Positions 29,632-39,267 of a stretch of DNA of 64,000 nt are shown here, piece by piece (the first letter of the stretch is position 1; the number at the start of each line of letters is the position of its first letter). Under the pieces are notes generated by a model. That model was given only the letters and a program-made list of their open reading frames with translations. It made no database searches and was not told the origin of the DNA. Location: positions 5,542-69,541 of the forward strand of contig JBBIJM010000004.1 in assembly GCA_037445955.1 (NCBI GenBank), written 5' to 3'. Both the position numbers and the translations under genes were made by a program. The DNA is from Syntrophobacterales bacterium. GTDB taxonomy: Bacteria > Desulfobacterota > Syntrophia > Syntrophales > CAMTWB01.

Positions 29632-30483
29632 TTACTTTTCCGTATCCACCAGGCCCTTGACAAACCAGCGTTGCATGAAGATCACCACCATAACCGGCGG
29701 CAGCATGGCGAATACCGTCGCCGCCATGATGATCTGCCAGTCGGTCTGGGCGTCGCCGGACCCGATCATCTTCACGATTCCGATGACGATGGTTCCCATC
29801 TCCTTGCTGGTGGTGATGAGCAGGGGCCAGAGGTACTGGTTCCAGCCGTAGATGAACATGATGACAAACAAGGCGGCGATGTTGGTCCGGGAGAGGGGCA
29901 GCACCGTATCCCAGAAGAATCGCAGCGGGCCCGCCCCGTCTATCCGCGCCGCCTCGACGAGCTCGTCGGGGATGGTTAGAAAAAACTGGCGGAAAAGCAG
30001 CGTTGCCGTCGCCGAGGCGATAAGGGGAATGGTCAGACCCAGATACGAATTGATCAGGCCCAGATCCGCCACCACCTTGTAGGTGGGGATGATCCTCACC
30101 TCGACCGGGAGCATCAGGGTGATAAAGATCATCCAGAAAAAAAACATCCTCCCGGGGAAACGGAAAAAGACCACCGCATAGGAAGAGATGATGGAAATGG
30201 CGATCTTTCCCACGCTGATCGCCAGGGCCATGACGAAGCTGTTGAACATCATCGTCGCCACCGGCACTCCCCAAACCCGCTGCCCGGATCCCTTGCCCCA
30301 GGCCTGGAGGTAGTTGTCCAGGGTATGGGGACCGGGGATGAGGGGCAGGTCGCCCCGGGCAATGGTGGCCGCATCCCAGGTGGAGCCGATGAAGGCCACA
30401 TACACCGGAAAGGCCAGCACCGCCACCCCGATTACAAGGAAAAAATGGGACTGCCAGTTTCTGGTAACTACGGTCCCTTTCAT
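29632..30483 (-). CDS. ugpE: sugar/glycerol-3-phosphate ABC transporter permease
   Basis: A six-TM MalG/UgpE-type permease with the EAA loop (EAARIDGAG). Its start overlaps the ugpA stop by 1 nt. Confidence 0.75.
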   Translation of the reverse strand: MKGTVVTRNWQSHFFLVIGVAVLAFPVYVAFIGSTWDAATIARGDLPLIPGPHTLDNYLQAWGKGSGQRVWGVPVATMMFNSFVMALAISVGKIAISIISSYAVVFFRFPGRMFFFWMIFITLMLPVEVRIIPTYKVVADLGLINSYLGLTIPLIASATATLLFRQFFLTIPDELVEAARIDGAGPLRFFWDTVLPLSRTNIAALFVIMFIYGWNQYLWPLLITTSKEMGTIVIGIVKMIGSGDAQTDWQIIMAATVFAMLPPVMVVIFMQRWFVKGLVDTEK

Positions 30484-31364
30484 CAGTAATGCACCTTCCT
30501 TTCGACGTAGCGAAACTGGATCGCCGTAAGGGCAATCACGATGATCATGAGGATCACCGACTGCGCCGAAGAGCCTCCCAGATCTAGATTGATGATGCCG
30601 TCGGTATAGACCTTATAGATGAGGGTTTCGGTGGCCTTGCCCGGGCCTCCCCCGGTTAAGGCGTGGATAACCCCGAAGGTATCGAAAAAGGAATAGACCA
30701 TGTTTACCATAAGGAGAAAGAAGCTCGTCGGGGAGATGAGGGGAAAGACAATGGTCCAGAACCGCCGCCGGGAGTTCGCCCCGTCAATTGAGGCGGCCTC
30801 CAGAACGGACCGGGGGATCGACTGTAGACCCGCCAGAAAGAAGAGGAAATTATAACTTATCTGCTTCCAGGAAGCGGCGAGTATGACAAGCAAAAGGGCC
30901 TGGTCGCCGTTGAGTTTGTAATCCCAGTGGATTCCCATCTCCCGGAAGGCCCGTCCCAAAAGACCGATGGAAGGATGGAAGATAAAAAGCCACAGGACCG
31001 CCGCCACCGCCGGGGCGACGGCATAGGGCCAGATGAGGAGGGTCTTGTAGGCCCCCGCCCCCCGGATGTGTTTGTCCGCCATCACCGCCAGCCAAAGGGC
31101 GCTCGACATGGCGATGGCGGTCACGGCAAAGGCGAAGATGAAGGTGACCCGGACCGAATCCAGGTACAGAGGATTGGTAAGGACGGTTTTGAAATTCTCA
31201 AACCAGACGAATTGGGTCCTGAGTCCGAAGGGATCCTGGATGAGCATCGACTGGAACACCGCCTGGAAGGCGGGCCAGAAGAAAAAAACGACGGTAATCA
31301 AGATCTGCGGCGCCAGGAGCAGGTAAGGCAAAAGCTTGTTGTTGAATATTACCCGACGTTGCAT
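30483..31364 (-). CDS. ugpA: sugar/glycerol-3-phosphate ABC transporter permease
   Basis: A MalF/UgpA-type permease with the EAA loop (EAASIDGAN). ATG at 31364 sits directly after GGAGGAG. The track's TTG at 31376 lies inside that RBS. Confidence 0.75.
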   Translation of the reverse strand: MQRRVIFNNKLLPYLLLAPQILITVVFFFWPAFQAVFQSMLIQDPFGLRTQFVWFENFKTVLTNPLYLDSVRVTFIFAFAVTAIAMSSALWLAVMADKHIRGAGAYKTLLIWPYAVAPAVAAVLWLFIFHPSIGLLGRAFREMGIHWDYKLNGDQALLLVILAASWKQISYNFLFFLAGLQSIPRSVLEAASIDGANSRRRFWTIVFPLISPTSFFLLMVNMVYSFFDTFGVIHALTGGGPGKATETLIYKVYTDGIINLDLGGSSAQSVILMIIVIALTAIQFRYVERKVHY

Positions 31365-31439
31365 TCTCTCCTCCAAAAAGGTGGGCCCCCTCGCCGGGGA
31401 CCCACCACAGGAATCACAGGTTAGCTGGCATCCGACCGC

Positions 31440-32774
31440 TCAGGGGCGGTTGGCCCGCTCGAAGGTGCGCAGGACGACGTTGCCCCGCCGCACCGCGTTT
31501 TCCATCGCCTCGGCTGCGGTCTGCAGACCCTGGAGCGCCCTTTCCAGCTCTTCCTGAATGATGTTTCTGATCTCGGGCATGCTGCCCAGCCGGAGCCCCC
31601 GGGAATTCTCCGAAGGCTCGCTCCGGGTGAGCTGGCGGAAAGGGATGTCCGCCCCGGGGTTTGTCCGGTAATAGCCCGAGGCGTTCACCCGGTCAAACCC
31701 ACCGAAGGTGATGGGCAAAAAGCCCGTTTCCGTATGCCATCTCGCCACGATATCCGGCTGGCTGATGAACCGGAAGAACTCGGAGACCGCCTTGTATTCC
31801 TCCGCCGTCCGTTTCGGGGCCGTCATGGTCCAGAAGCTCGCCCCGCCGATGATCGAGTTTTTCGGGGCGCCCTTTACGTCGTCGTAGAAGGGAAGCATCG
31901 CCACGCCCCAGTCGAATTTGGCCTCCCGGATGATCCGCGCCCGGATCCCGGAGGAGGCGTGAATCATCGCCGCCTCCCCCGCAGGGAAGAGGGCGTCGCC
32001 CGCCGTATCCCGTCCGGCGTACCGGAAGGTGCCTTCCTTCTGCATGTCGATTAAGGTCTGGACATGGCGGATGTGCAGGGGGCTGTTGATCATCAGCACC
32101 GCGTCCATCCCCTCCATGCCATTTCCCCGGCTGGCCAGGGGAACATCATGAATCGCGCTGAACTGCTCGAACTGGGTCCAGGTAGGCCAGGCGGTGGTAA
32201 AGCCGACGTTTGCCGCCTTGGTGTCCCTGATCTTCTGGGCGTAAGCCCGGAGCTCCCCCCAGGTCCTGGGCGGCTTTTCCGGATCCAAACCGGCCCTCCG
32301 GAAGGCGTCTTTGTTGTAGAACATAACCGAAGTCGAGCTGTTAAACGGCATCGACATCATCCGGCCGTCGGGAAGGCTGTAATAACCCCGCACCGCCGGC
32401 AGGTAGGCCCGGGTATCGAAGGGGATGCCCGATTCTCTCATCAGTTCGTGGAGAGGTTTGATCGCCTCCCGGGCGGCCATCATCGTCGCCGTTCCCACCT
32501 CGAACATCTGGACGATATGGGGGGCGTTGCCGGCCCGGTAGGCGGCGATGGCCGCCACCATCGTATCGGGGTAAGAGCCCTTGAAGCTTGCGTTTACCTG
32601 GTAGAGATTCTGGGAGGCGTTGAAATCCGTAACAATTTTCTCCAGAATCCCCCCTAAGGGCTGGGCCAGACCGTGCCAGAACTGGACCTCCACCTTCTGG
32701 GCCGCGGCGGGGGGGGCAAAAACCAGCAGGGATAAAAATGCAAGCAAAAGCAGAATCCTCGGTTTTTTTGTCAT
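31440..32774 (-). CDS. ugpB: sn-glycerol-3-phosphate-type ABC transporter periplasmic binding protein
   Basis: It has a signal peptide and is a 444-aa family-1 extracellular solute-binding protein at the head of a ugpBAECQ-ordered cluster. Confidence 0.75.
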   Translation of the reverse strand: MTKKPRILLLLAFLSLLVFAPPAAAQKVEVQFWHGLAQPLGGILEKIVTDFNASQNLYQVNASFKGSYPDTMVAAIAAYRAGNAPHIVQMFEVGTATMMAAREAIKPLHELMRESGIPFDTRAYLPAVRGYYSLPDGRMMSMPFNSSTSVMFYNKDAFRRAGLDPEKPPRTWGELRAYAQKIRDTKAANVGFTTAWPTWTQFEQFSAIHDVPLASRGNGMEGMDAVLMINSPLHIRHVQTLIDMQKEGTFRYAGRDTAGDALFPAGEAAMIHASSGIRARIIREAKFDWGVAMLPFYDDVKGAPKNSIIGGASFWTMTAPKRTAEEYKAVSEFFRFISQPDIVARWHTETGFLPITFGGFDRVNASGYYRTNPGADIPFRQLTRSEPSENSRGLRLGSMPEIRNIIQEELERALQGLQTAAEAMENAVRRGNVVLRTFERANRP

Positions 32775-32882
32775 ACCTTTCTCCTCCTTATTATGTTTAT
32801 GTTGTGCCCTGATCTGACAATCACGACGTGTTGATCATGTTTTGAGATTATTTGCAAGCCCCTCGTTCGCAAGACTCCGGTT

Positions 32883-33584
32883 TCAACCGTCGTACTCGGT
32901 TTCGTTTTCCGCATCTCCCGGCTCCTCATGCCTCACGTTCTCGCCGGTGATCATGTAGACGACCATGTCGGCGATGCCCTTGGCGTGGTCCGAGATCCGC
33001 TCGATGAGTTTCGAAACCTGCATGATAAGCAGGGAGGCATGGATCGTCTTGGCATCTTCCATCATGAAGGTGAGAAGCTCCCGGAAGATCTGTTCGTTCA
33101 AGTTGTCGATCAGCTCGTCGTCTTTCCTGACCTTGTGGGCGAGATTGATGTCCTCGTGGATCAGGGCATCGAGGCTTTCCCGAACCATTGTCCCGGCCAG
33201 GGTGGACATCCTGGGCAAATCTATATAGGGCTTTAACTGAGGCTCTCGGTTTAAGATAACCGTTCGCTTGGCGATATTGACCGCCATATCGCCGATCCGT
33301 TCGAGATGGCCGTTGATCTTGATCACCGTGGTGATGAATCTCAGGTCGCTTGCCGCGGGCTGACGGAGGGCCAGGATCCGGATGCAGCGCTCCTCGATTT
33401 CCACATCCAGTTGATCGATCCTTTCATCCTCCGCTATCACCCGGCTCGCCAGGGCCGTATCCCTGGACAAAAGGGCCTTCATGGTCTGCTCGATGGCCCT
33501 CTCGGTGAGGGATCCCATGTGGATCACCCTGTTTTTTATCTCTCCCAGTTCCCGCTCGTAACTGGTGCTGGTGTGCTTCCTCAT
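32883..33584 (-). CDS. phoU: phosphate signalling/transport regulator PhoU
   Basis: Two PhoU repeats with E(R)IGD/ERISD motifs. ATG at 33584 follows AAGGAGAGGAAGG. The track's GTG at 33617 is probably too long. Confidence 0.9.
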   Translation of the reverse strand: MRKHTSTSYERELGEIKNRVIHMGSLTERAIEQTMKALLSRDTALASRVIAEDERIDQLDVEIEERCIRILALRQPAASDLRFITTVIKINGHLERIGDMAVNIAKRTVILNREPQLKPYIDLPRMSTLAGTMVRESLDALIHEDINLAHKVRKDDELIDNLNEQIFRELLTFMMEDAKTIHASLLIMQVSKLIERISDHAKGIADMVVYMITGENVRHEEPGDAENETEYDG

Positions 33585-33634
33585 GATCGCCTTCCTCTCC
33601 TTGTTGTTATCCTCCACCGCCGGGGTCCTGCCGG

Positions 33635-34408
33635 TTAACCAAAACGCCCGGTGATATAGTCTTCGGTCAGCTTTTCCTGCGGGGTGGTAAAGATCCTGTC
33701 GGTCTTTCCCACCTCGATCAGTTCTCCCAGCATCATGAAGCCGGTCCAGTCGGAGATCCGGGCGGCCTGCTGCATGTTGTGGGTCACGATAATAATGGTT
33801 ACCTCCTCCTTGAGAGACGCCATGAGGTCTTCGATCTTAGCCGTGGAAATAGGATCCAACGCCGAGGTCGGCTCGTCGAACAGGATGATCTCCGGCTCGG
33901 TGGCCAGGGCCCGGGCGATGCAAAGCCGCTGTTGCTGGCCGCCGGAGAGGTTGAACGCCGAGGAGTGGAGGCGATCCTTGGCCTCCTCCCAGAGGGCGGC
34001 GCTCCTTAGGGCCTTTTCCACCTTTTCATCGAGGATCCCCCGTTGCTTCACCCCCCGCACCACCAGACCATAGGCGACGTTCTCATAAATCGTCTTGGGA
34101 AAGGGATTGGGTTTTTGAAAGACCATACTGACCCGCATCCTGATCTCGATCGGGTCCACCTCTTCCCCTACCATGTTCATCCCCTCGGGGAAGAGGAGAA
34201 TCTCCCCCTCGTAACGGTTGTTGGGATAGAGATCGTGCATCCGGTTGAAACATCTAAGCAGGGTCGTCTTCCCGCAGCCTGACGGTCCGATCAGGGCGGT
34301 GACCCGCTTTTCCCGGATGAGGAGATTGACATCTTTCAGGGCCTGGTAGTCGCCGTAGTAGAAACCGAGCCGCTTTATTTCCGCTTTGATCCTGTCGCTG
34401 CTTGACAT
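33635..34408 (-). CDS. pstB: phosphate ABC transporter ATP-binding protein
   Basis: Walker [10 protein letters not shown], signature LSGGQQQRL, Walker B ILFDEP, with typical PstB length and sequence. Confidence 0.95.
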   Translation of the reverse strand: MSSSDRIKAEIKRLGFYYGDYQALKDVNLLIREKRVTALIGPSGCGKTTLLRCFNRMHDLYPNNRYEGEILLFPEGMNMVGEEVDPIEIRMRVSMVFQKPNPFPKTIYENVAYGLVVRGVKQRGILDEKVEKALRSAALWEEAKDRLHSSAFNLSGGQQQRLCIARALATEPEIILFDEPTSALDPISTAKIEDLMASLKEEVTIIIVTHNMQQAARISDWTGFMMLGELIEVGKTDRIFTTPQEKLTEDYITGRFG

Positions 34409-34425
34409 TTTAAAAAACCTCTAAA

Positions 34426-35343
34426 TCACCACTTGATCTTCTTTCGGAACGTATAGCGGATGTAGATCGCCACCGCATTCATAACCAGGGTCATAAGCAG
34501 GAGAACTACCCCGGCGGCGGCGGCGTTGACATGGAATTCCGCCTGGGGCCTGGATACCCAGCTGAACATCTGGATAGGCATTACGGTAAAGGCGTCAAAC
34601 AGCCACTGAAAAGAGATGAAGGGATATTCCAGACTCAAGGGCGGGGTCGGCAGGAAGGCGACAAAGGTGAGGGCCCCTACGGTGATGATCGGCGCCGTCT
34701 CCCCGATGGCCCGGGAAAGGCCGATGATGATGCCGGTTAAGATCCCTCCCAGGGAGTAGGGGAAGACATGATGTTTCACCGTCTGCCACCTGGTGGCCCC
34801 CAGGGCGTAGGAGGCCTCCCTGATCGAGTTGGGGATGGCCCGGATCGACTCCCTGGTCGCCATGATAACGATCGGCAGGATCAGGAGGGCCAGGGCCAAA
34901 CCGCCGGTCAGGATGCTCTCGCCGAAATCGAAAAGATAGACGAAAAGCCCCAGGGCCAGAAGTCCGTAGATGATCGATGGCACTCCGGCGAGGTTGCTGA
35001 TGTTGATCTCGATGAGACCGGCAAGCCAGCCTTTTTTCGCATACTCCTCGAGATAGATCCCCGCGGCGATCCCCAGGGGAACAGCCGAGGCGGCGGTGAC
35101 CAGGATCACCAGGTAGGTTCCCACCCAGGCGGGGAGGATCCCCGCCTCCTTCGGGAACCTCGACGGGTAGGAGGTCAGGAATTTGTACGTCAGCCGCGGC
35201 GCCCCGTCAATGAACAGATCTACAAACAAAACGAAAAGAACCACCAGTCCCGTAAAAGTGGCAAGCAACCCCAGGACCATAAAGAGGAAGTTCATAGCCT
35301 TTTTACGGGCGATCATCCGGACAAGTTCGGCCTTGTTATCCAA
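34426..35343 (-). CDS. pstA: phosphate ABC transporter permease PstA
   Basis: A polytopic permease with the REASYALGATRWQT loop. It lies between pstC and pstB. Confidence 0.9.
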   Translation of the reverse strand: MDNKAELVRMIARKKAMNFLFMVLGLLATFTGLVVLFVLFVDLFIDGAPRLTYKFLTSYPSRFPKEAGILPAWVGTYLVILVTAASAVPLGIAAGIYLEEYAKKGWLAGLIEINISNLAGVPSIIYGLLALGLFVYLFDFGESILTGGLALALLILPIVIMATRESIRAIPNSIREASYALGATRWQTVKHHVFPYSLGGILTGIIIGLSRAIGETAPIITVGALTFVAFLPTPPLSLEYPFISFQWLFDAFTVMPIQMFSWVSRPQAEFHVNAAAAGVVLLLMTLVMNAVAIYIRYTFRKKIKW

Positions 35344-35352
35344 GCTGGCCTC

Positions 35353-36249
35353 CTAGTAGATTTCCCGGATTCTTTTTCTTAAAAAGAAGCCGATGATGTT
35401 AAAGGCTAACGTCATGAGAAAAAGGGTCAGCCCGGCGGCAAAAATGGTTTTGTAAGCCAGGGTGCCGTGGGCGACATCGCCCAGACTCACCTGAACGATA
35501 TAAGAGGTAAGGGTCTGGACCGGCTCCCGGGGATCCCAGGTGAAGTTCGGCATCATGCCGGCGGCGATGGCCACCACCATAGTTTCCCCTATCGCCCGGG
35601 AGATGCCCATGATAAAGGCGGCGGCAATTCCGGAAAAGGCCGACGGGATCACCACCATGAAGGCCGTCTGCAATCTGGTTGCCCCCATGGCGTAAGACCC
35701 CTCCCGGATATGCATGGGAACTGCGGCCATAGCGTCTTCACTTACCGAGCTCACGTAAGGGATGATCATGACCCCCATGATGATCCCGGCGGAAAGCCCG
35801 TTGAACCCGGAGAGGTCCGGGATGATCTTCTGAAGCAGAGGGGTGAGAAACAGGAGGGCGAAATACCCGTAAACGACCGTCGGCACCGCGGCCAGCAGCT
35901 CAAGTACCGGCTTCATCGTTTCCCGGAGCCGGTAGGGGGCGTATTCCCGGAGATAAACGGCGATGATGAGCCCCAGGGGCAAAGATACCGCCAGGGCCAC
36001 CGCGGTGATCAGGAGCGTCCCGGCAACCAGGGGGAGGATCCCGAACGAAGGATCGGCAAAGAGGGGAGACCACTGGGTTCCCGTCAGAAACTCAACGACA
36101 GACACCTCTTTGAAAAAACCGTAAGAATCGTAAGCCAGTACCACCACAATGGCCGTGGTAATCAGAACCGAAAAGAGGGCGCAGGACAAAAGGACGCCCT
36201 CGATTAGTCCCTCCTTGATCCTTCTGATCGTCTTTTGCTCCACCGGCAA
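35353..36249 (-). CDS. pstC: phosphate ABC transporter permease PstC
   Basis: A polytopic permease with the REGSYAMGATRLQT loop. It follows pstS. Confidence 0.9.
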   Translation of the reverse strand: MPVEQKTIRRIKEGLIEGVLLSCALFSVLITTAIVVVLAYDSYGFFKEVSVVEFLTGTQWSPLFADPSFGILPLVAGTLLITAVALAVSLPLGLIIAVYLREYAPYRLRETMKPVLELLAAVPTVVYGYFALLFLTPLLQKIIPDLSGFNGLSAGIIMGVMIIPYVSSVSEDAMAAVPMHIREGSYAMGATRLQTAFMVVIPSAFSGIAAAFIMGISRAIGETMVVAIAAGMMPNFTWDPREPVQTLTSYIVQVSLGDVAHGTLAYKTIFAAGLTLFLMTLAFNIIGFFLRKRIREIY

Positions 36250-36268
36250 TCCCTTCTCCGCAGGTTCA

Positions 36269-36317
36269 GGCCGTAAGGCAACCGGTCCCCTCCGGCCTGG
36301 CCCGTCGCCTCACGGCC
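36269..36317 (-). other. pstS-pstC intercistronic stem-loop
   Basis: On the minus-strand transcript GGCCGUGAGGCGAC pairs with GUUGCCUUACGGCC. This gives a 14-bp stem (two G-U pairs) around a 21-nt GC-rich loop. Confidence 0.6.
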
Positions 36318-36359
36318 TGTTTTCCCCGTTTTTCCAAAATCAATCGCTAAGCGAAATGA

Positions 36360-37373
36360 TTATTTTTTGCGCTCTTCCAGCCTCAGCAGTTCTTCAATGG
36401 TAACACCGATCCTGCCCTCCCCCCCGAAAACGCTTCCCACAACCCCCCGGGCCAGGCGTTCCTGTCCCAGTCTATAAGCCCGTTCGGGCAGGGGGATATA
36501 TTTGACCTGCCGGACCAGCTCCGGAGCCTTTTTAAGATAAAACTCGACAAACTCCCGCACCTCGGGCCGGGCGGCGGCCCTGGCTGCCACATAGATAAAG
36601 ATCGGCCGGGAGAGGGGCTGATACGTTCCGTTCATCACGGTTCTCTCCGCGGGCAAAACCGGGCCCTTCCCCCCGTCGACGGCAACGAGTTTTAGCTTGT
36701 CCTTGTTTTCCTGGTAGTAGGCGTAGCCGAAATAGCCCAGGGCGTTTCTGTCCGAGGTGATCCCCTGAACGAGAATGTTGTCGTCTTCGCTCGAGGTGAA
36801 ATCGCTGCGGCTGGCCCGGGCCTTGCCGACCACGGCCTCGGTGAAGTAGTCGAAGGTCCCCGAGTCCACCCCCGGCCCGTAGAGTTTGAGGGGGGCATCG
36901 GGCCAGGCGGGATTGACCTGATTCCACCTGGTTATCTTGTGGGCGGCGGCGGGCTCCCAGATCTTCCTGAGCTCAAAAACGGTCAGGGAGATAAGCCAGG
37001 TGTTCCTGGGACTCACCATCACCGCCAAACCGTCGTAGGCGATGGGCAATTCGATGAAATCGACGCCCGCCGCCTTAGCGTCGGCCATTTCCTTTACCGT
37101 TATCGGCCGGGAGGCGTTGGCGATGTCTATTTCGCCGCGGACGAACTTTCTGAAGCCGCCGCCGGTGCCCGAGACCCCTACGGTAACCTTGACCGCCCCT
37201 TTTTTCAGCTTCTGAAACTCCTCGGCCACGGCCTCGGTAATCGGGTAAACCGTGCTCGACCCGTCAATCCTGACGATCTGTCCGAAACCCAAAGAGGGCA
37301 CCAGGATAAGAAATAGAAGGGCAACAACAAGGCATAGCCCCTTGTCTCCGAAAATCCTTGCCTGTTTTTTCAT
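36360..37373 (-). CDS. pstS: phosphate ABC transporter substrate-binding protein PstS
   Basis: A signal peptide, then [11 protein letters not shown] and SGTGGG motifs typical of the PstS family. It is the first gene of pstSCAB-phoU. Confidence 0.9.
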   Translation of the reverse strand: MKKQARIFGDKGLCLVVALLFLILVPSLGFGQIVRIDGSSTVYPITEAVAEEFQKLKKGAVKVTVGVSGTGGGFRKFVRGEIDIANASRPITVKEMADAKAAGVDFIELPIAYDGLAVMVSPRNTWLISLTVFELRKIWEPAAAHKITRWNQVNPAWPDAPLKLYGPGVDSGTFDYFTEAVVGKARASRSDFTSSEDDNILVQGITSDRNALGYFGYAYYQENKDKLKLVAVDGGKGPVLPAERTVMNGTYQPLSRPIFIYVAARAAARPEVREFVEFYLKKAPELVRQVKYIPLPERAYRLGQERLARGVVGSVFGGEGRIGVTIEELLRLEERKK

Positions 37374-37444
37374 CGTCCTTTCCTTGGTAATGGTATTGGT
37401 CTGGAAATCAGCACCCTTATACAGGAGATTTGTTTCCCCGGGTA

Positions 37445-37471
37445 TTTAAAGATTGTTAAATTCCGCTTAAA
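37445..37471 (-). promoter_or_regulatory. Pho-box-like direct repeats upstream of pstS
   Basis: On the minus strand TTTAA occurs three times with 11- and 10-bp phasing (TTTAAGCGGAA TTTAACAATC TTTAAATACC), 72-98 bp upstream of the pstS ATG. Confidence 0.3.
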
Positions 37472-37493
37472 TATGCCCTCATCCGCTCCGGCT

Positions 37494-38390
37494 CTAGAGG
37501 GCCCGGAGCCACTCCGGCTTCAGGCCCACCTCCCCCCGCAGGGCCCGATCGAGTTCGGCCAGCGCCCTTTCCCTGCCGCCGGGATACTTGACCTTGAGGG
37601 GAAGATAATTGGAGGCATGGTTCGCAAAGAAGTACCCCCGGGAGAGGTTCGTATGGGCGATCATTTCCCTGAGTTCCCGGATCATACCCAGCTCGTCGGG
37701 GAGCGCGAACCTTCCTTTTCGGCAATCCTCGTAAAGAGGGGTGCCGGGGATGAGCATCAGGGTAAGGGCCCCGACATAGTCCGGATCCATCGCGCTCAAA
37801 AGCTCTCCCGTTGCCCGGGCATGGGCAAGGGACCCTTCCCTTCCGCCGATGCCCAAAAGGACGGTAACCGAAAGGAGGATCCCCGCCTCCCTCACCCGCC
37901 ATCCCATTTCAATACACCCGGCGGCGGTTGAGCCCTTTGAGATCCGCTGCCTGATCCCGTCGTCGCCGGTTTCCACCCCGTAATAGAGTATCCCCAATTT
38001 GTTCTCTTTGAGTTCCCGCAAATCGGCAGGAGATTTTTTCCCGATGGACTTGGCGTTGGCATAGGCCCCCACCCTCGTCACCCGGGGCAGATGGACTCTA
38101 ATCTCCTGTAAAATTTTAACGAGCTTAGCCTGGGGGATGATGAGGGCGTCGCCGTCCATCAGGAAAAGCCGGTCATGATCCGGAAAGTGTCTGGCGGCGT
38201 ATTTTATGTCCTTAGAAACGATCCCTTCATCCTTGATCCTGAATTTCTTGTCCCCGTAAGTGCCGCAGAAGGTGCACCGGTCGTGGGAACAGCCCAGGGT
38301 GACCTGCAAGAGGATGCTGTCCGCCTCGCTCGGGGGCCTGATACAGTACCCTTCGTAATTCATTCCCTCCTCATCCCAATTGTGCGCCAT
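37494..38390 (-). CDS. radical SAM domain protein (unknown substrate)
   Basis: The Cys triad lies in LGCSHDRCTFCGTY, followed by a TIM-barrel-like region (GILYYGVETG). Its stop is 120 bp upstream of pstS on the same strand. Confidence 0.65.
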   Translation of the reverse strand: MAHNWDEEGMNYEGYCIRPPSEADSILLQVTLGCSHDRCTFCGTYGDKKFRIKDEGIVSKDIKYAARHFPDHDRLFLMDGDALIIPQAKLVKILQEIRVHLPRVTRVGAYANAKSIGKKSPADLRELKENKLGILYYGVETGDDGIRQRISKGSTAAGCIEMGWRVREAGILLSVTVLLGIGGREGSLAHARATGELLSAMDPDYVGALTLMLIPGTPLYEDCRKGRFALPDELGMIRELREMIAHTNLSRGYFFANHASNYLPLKVKYPGGRERALAELDRALRGEVGLKPEWLRAL

Positions 38391-38577
38391 AAACTTCCTT
38401 ATCCTAAATAGTAAAGCTAAACGGCCTGCTTGAGACCTGTGATCCAGGCGGCTATTTTTTTGCTATCCATATCATAACGCAACACTTAAGGGTAGGCTAA
38501 ACGGTAGGCTTTGTCAGATTGAGCTGTTCCCCTGTCGGCGGAGATGTGCTACATTGCCCGCCAAGGTATCCTTGACC

Positions 38578-39267
38578 ATGAATTGCGTTTACTATCGGCC
38601 GGGCAGGGTGGCTTATGAGGAAGCCCTCGCCCTTCAGGAAAGGTTCTGGCGGGAAAAGATCGCGGGAAAGAAGGACGACTTCCTTCTTCTTTTGTCCCAT
38701 CCACCTACCTTTACCCTCGGCAAGACAGGCAGTTTGACCAATCTGCTGATCGGAACGGAGGGGCTAAGCCGCCTGGGGCTTCCCCTTTATCCCGCCGACC
38801 GGGGAGGAGACATTACCTATCTCGGGCCGGGCCAGCTGGTGGCCTATCCCGTAATGGACCTAAAAAGGCGAAACCAAGACATCCCGCAATTCGTCCACAA
38901 TCTGGAAGAGGCGGTCATCGGCACCTTGGGCGATTTTTCCCTTCGCGGCTCCCGAATCAAGGATCATCCGGGGGTCTGGATAGAAGGGGAAAAGATCTGC
39001 GCCGTTGGCCTGAGCATCCGCCGCTGGATTTCCCGCCACGGCCTCGCCCTGAATGTCACGACGGACTTGAGCTGCTTCTCCCTGATCAACCCCTGCGGCA
39101 TTGCCGGGGGCAAGGTTACCTCCCTGAAGGCCATCTTGAGAAGGGATATACCCCTGGCAGAGGTAGAGGAGAGCTTCCTCAGCCATTTTGCCCGGGTGTT
39201 CTCCCTGACCCTGATCCCGGGGGTCTTAAAGAGGGCGGAAGATCTCCCCGAGAGAGACGATCCTTAA
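38578..39267 (+). CDS. lipB: octanoyltransferase (lipoate-protein ligase B)
   Basis: DRGGDITYLGPGQLVAYP and KICAVGLSIRRWISRHG match the LipB catalytic motifs. I prefer the ATG at 38578 over the TTG at 38554. Confidence 0.85.
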   Translation: MNCVYYRPGRVAYEEALALQERFWREKIAGKKDDFLLLLSHPPTFTLGKTGSLTNLLIGTEGLSRLGLPLYPADRGGDITYLGPGQLVAYPVMDLKRRNQDIPQFVHNLEEAVIGTLGDFSLRGSRIKDHPGVWIEGEKICAVGLSIRRWISRHGLALNVTTDLSCFSLINPCGIAGGKVTSLKAILRRDIPLAEVEESFLSHFARVFSLTLIPGVLKRAEDLPERDDP

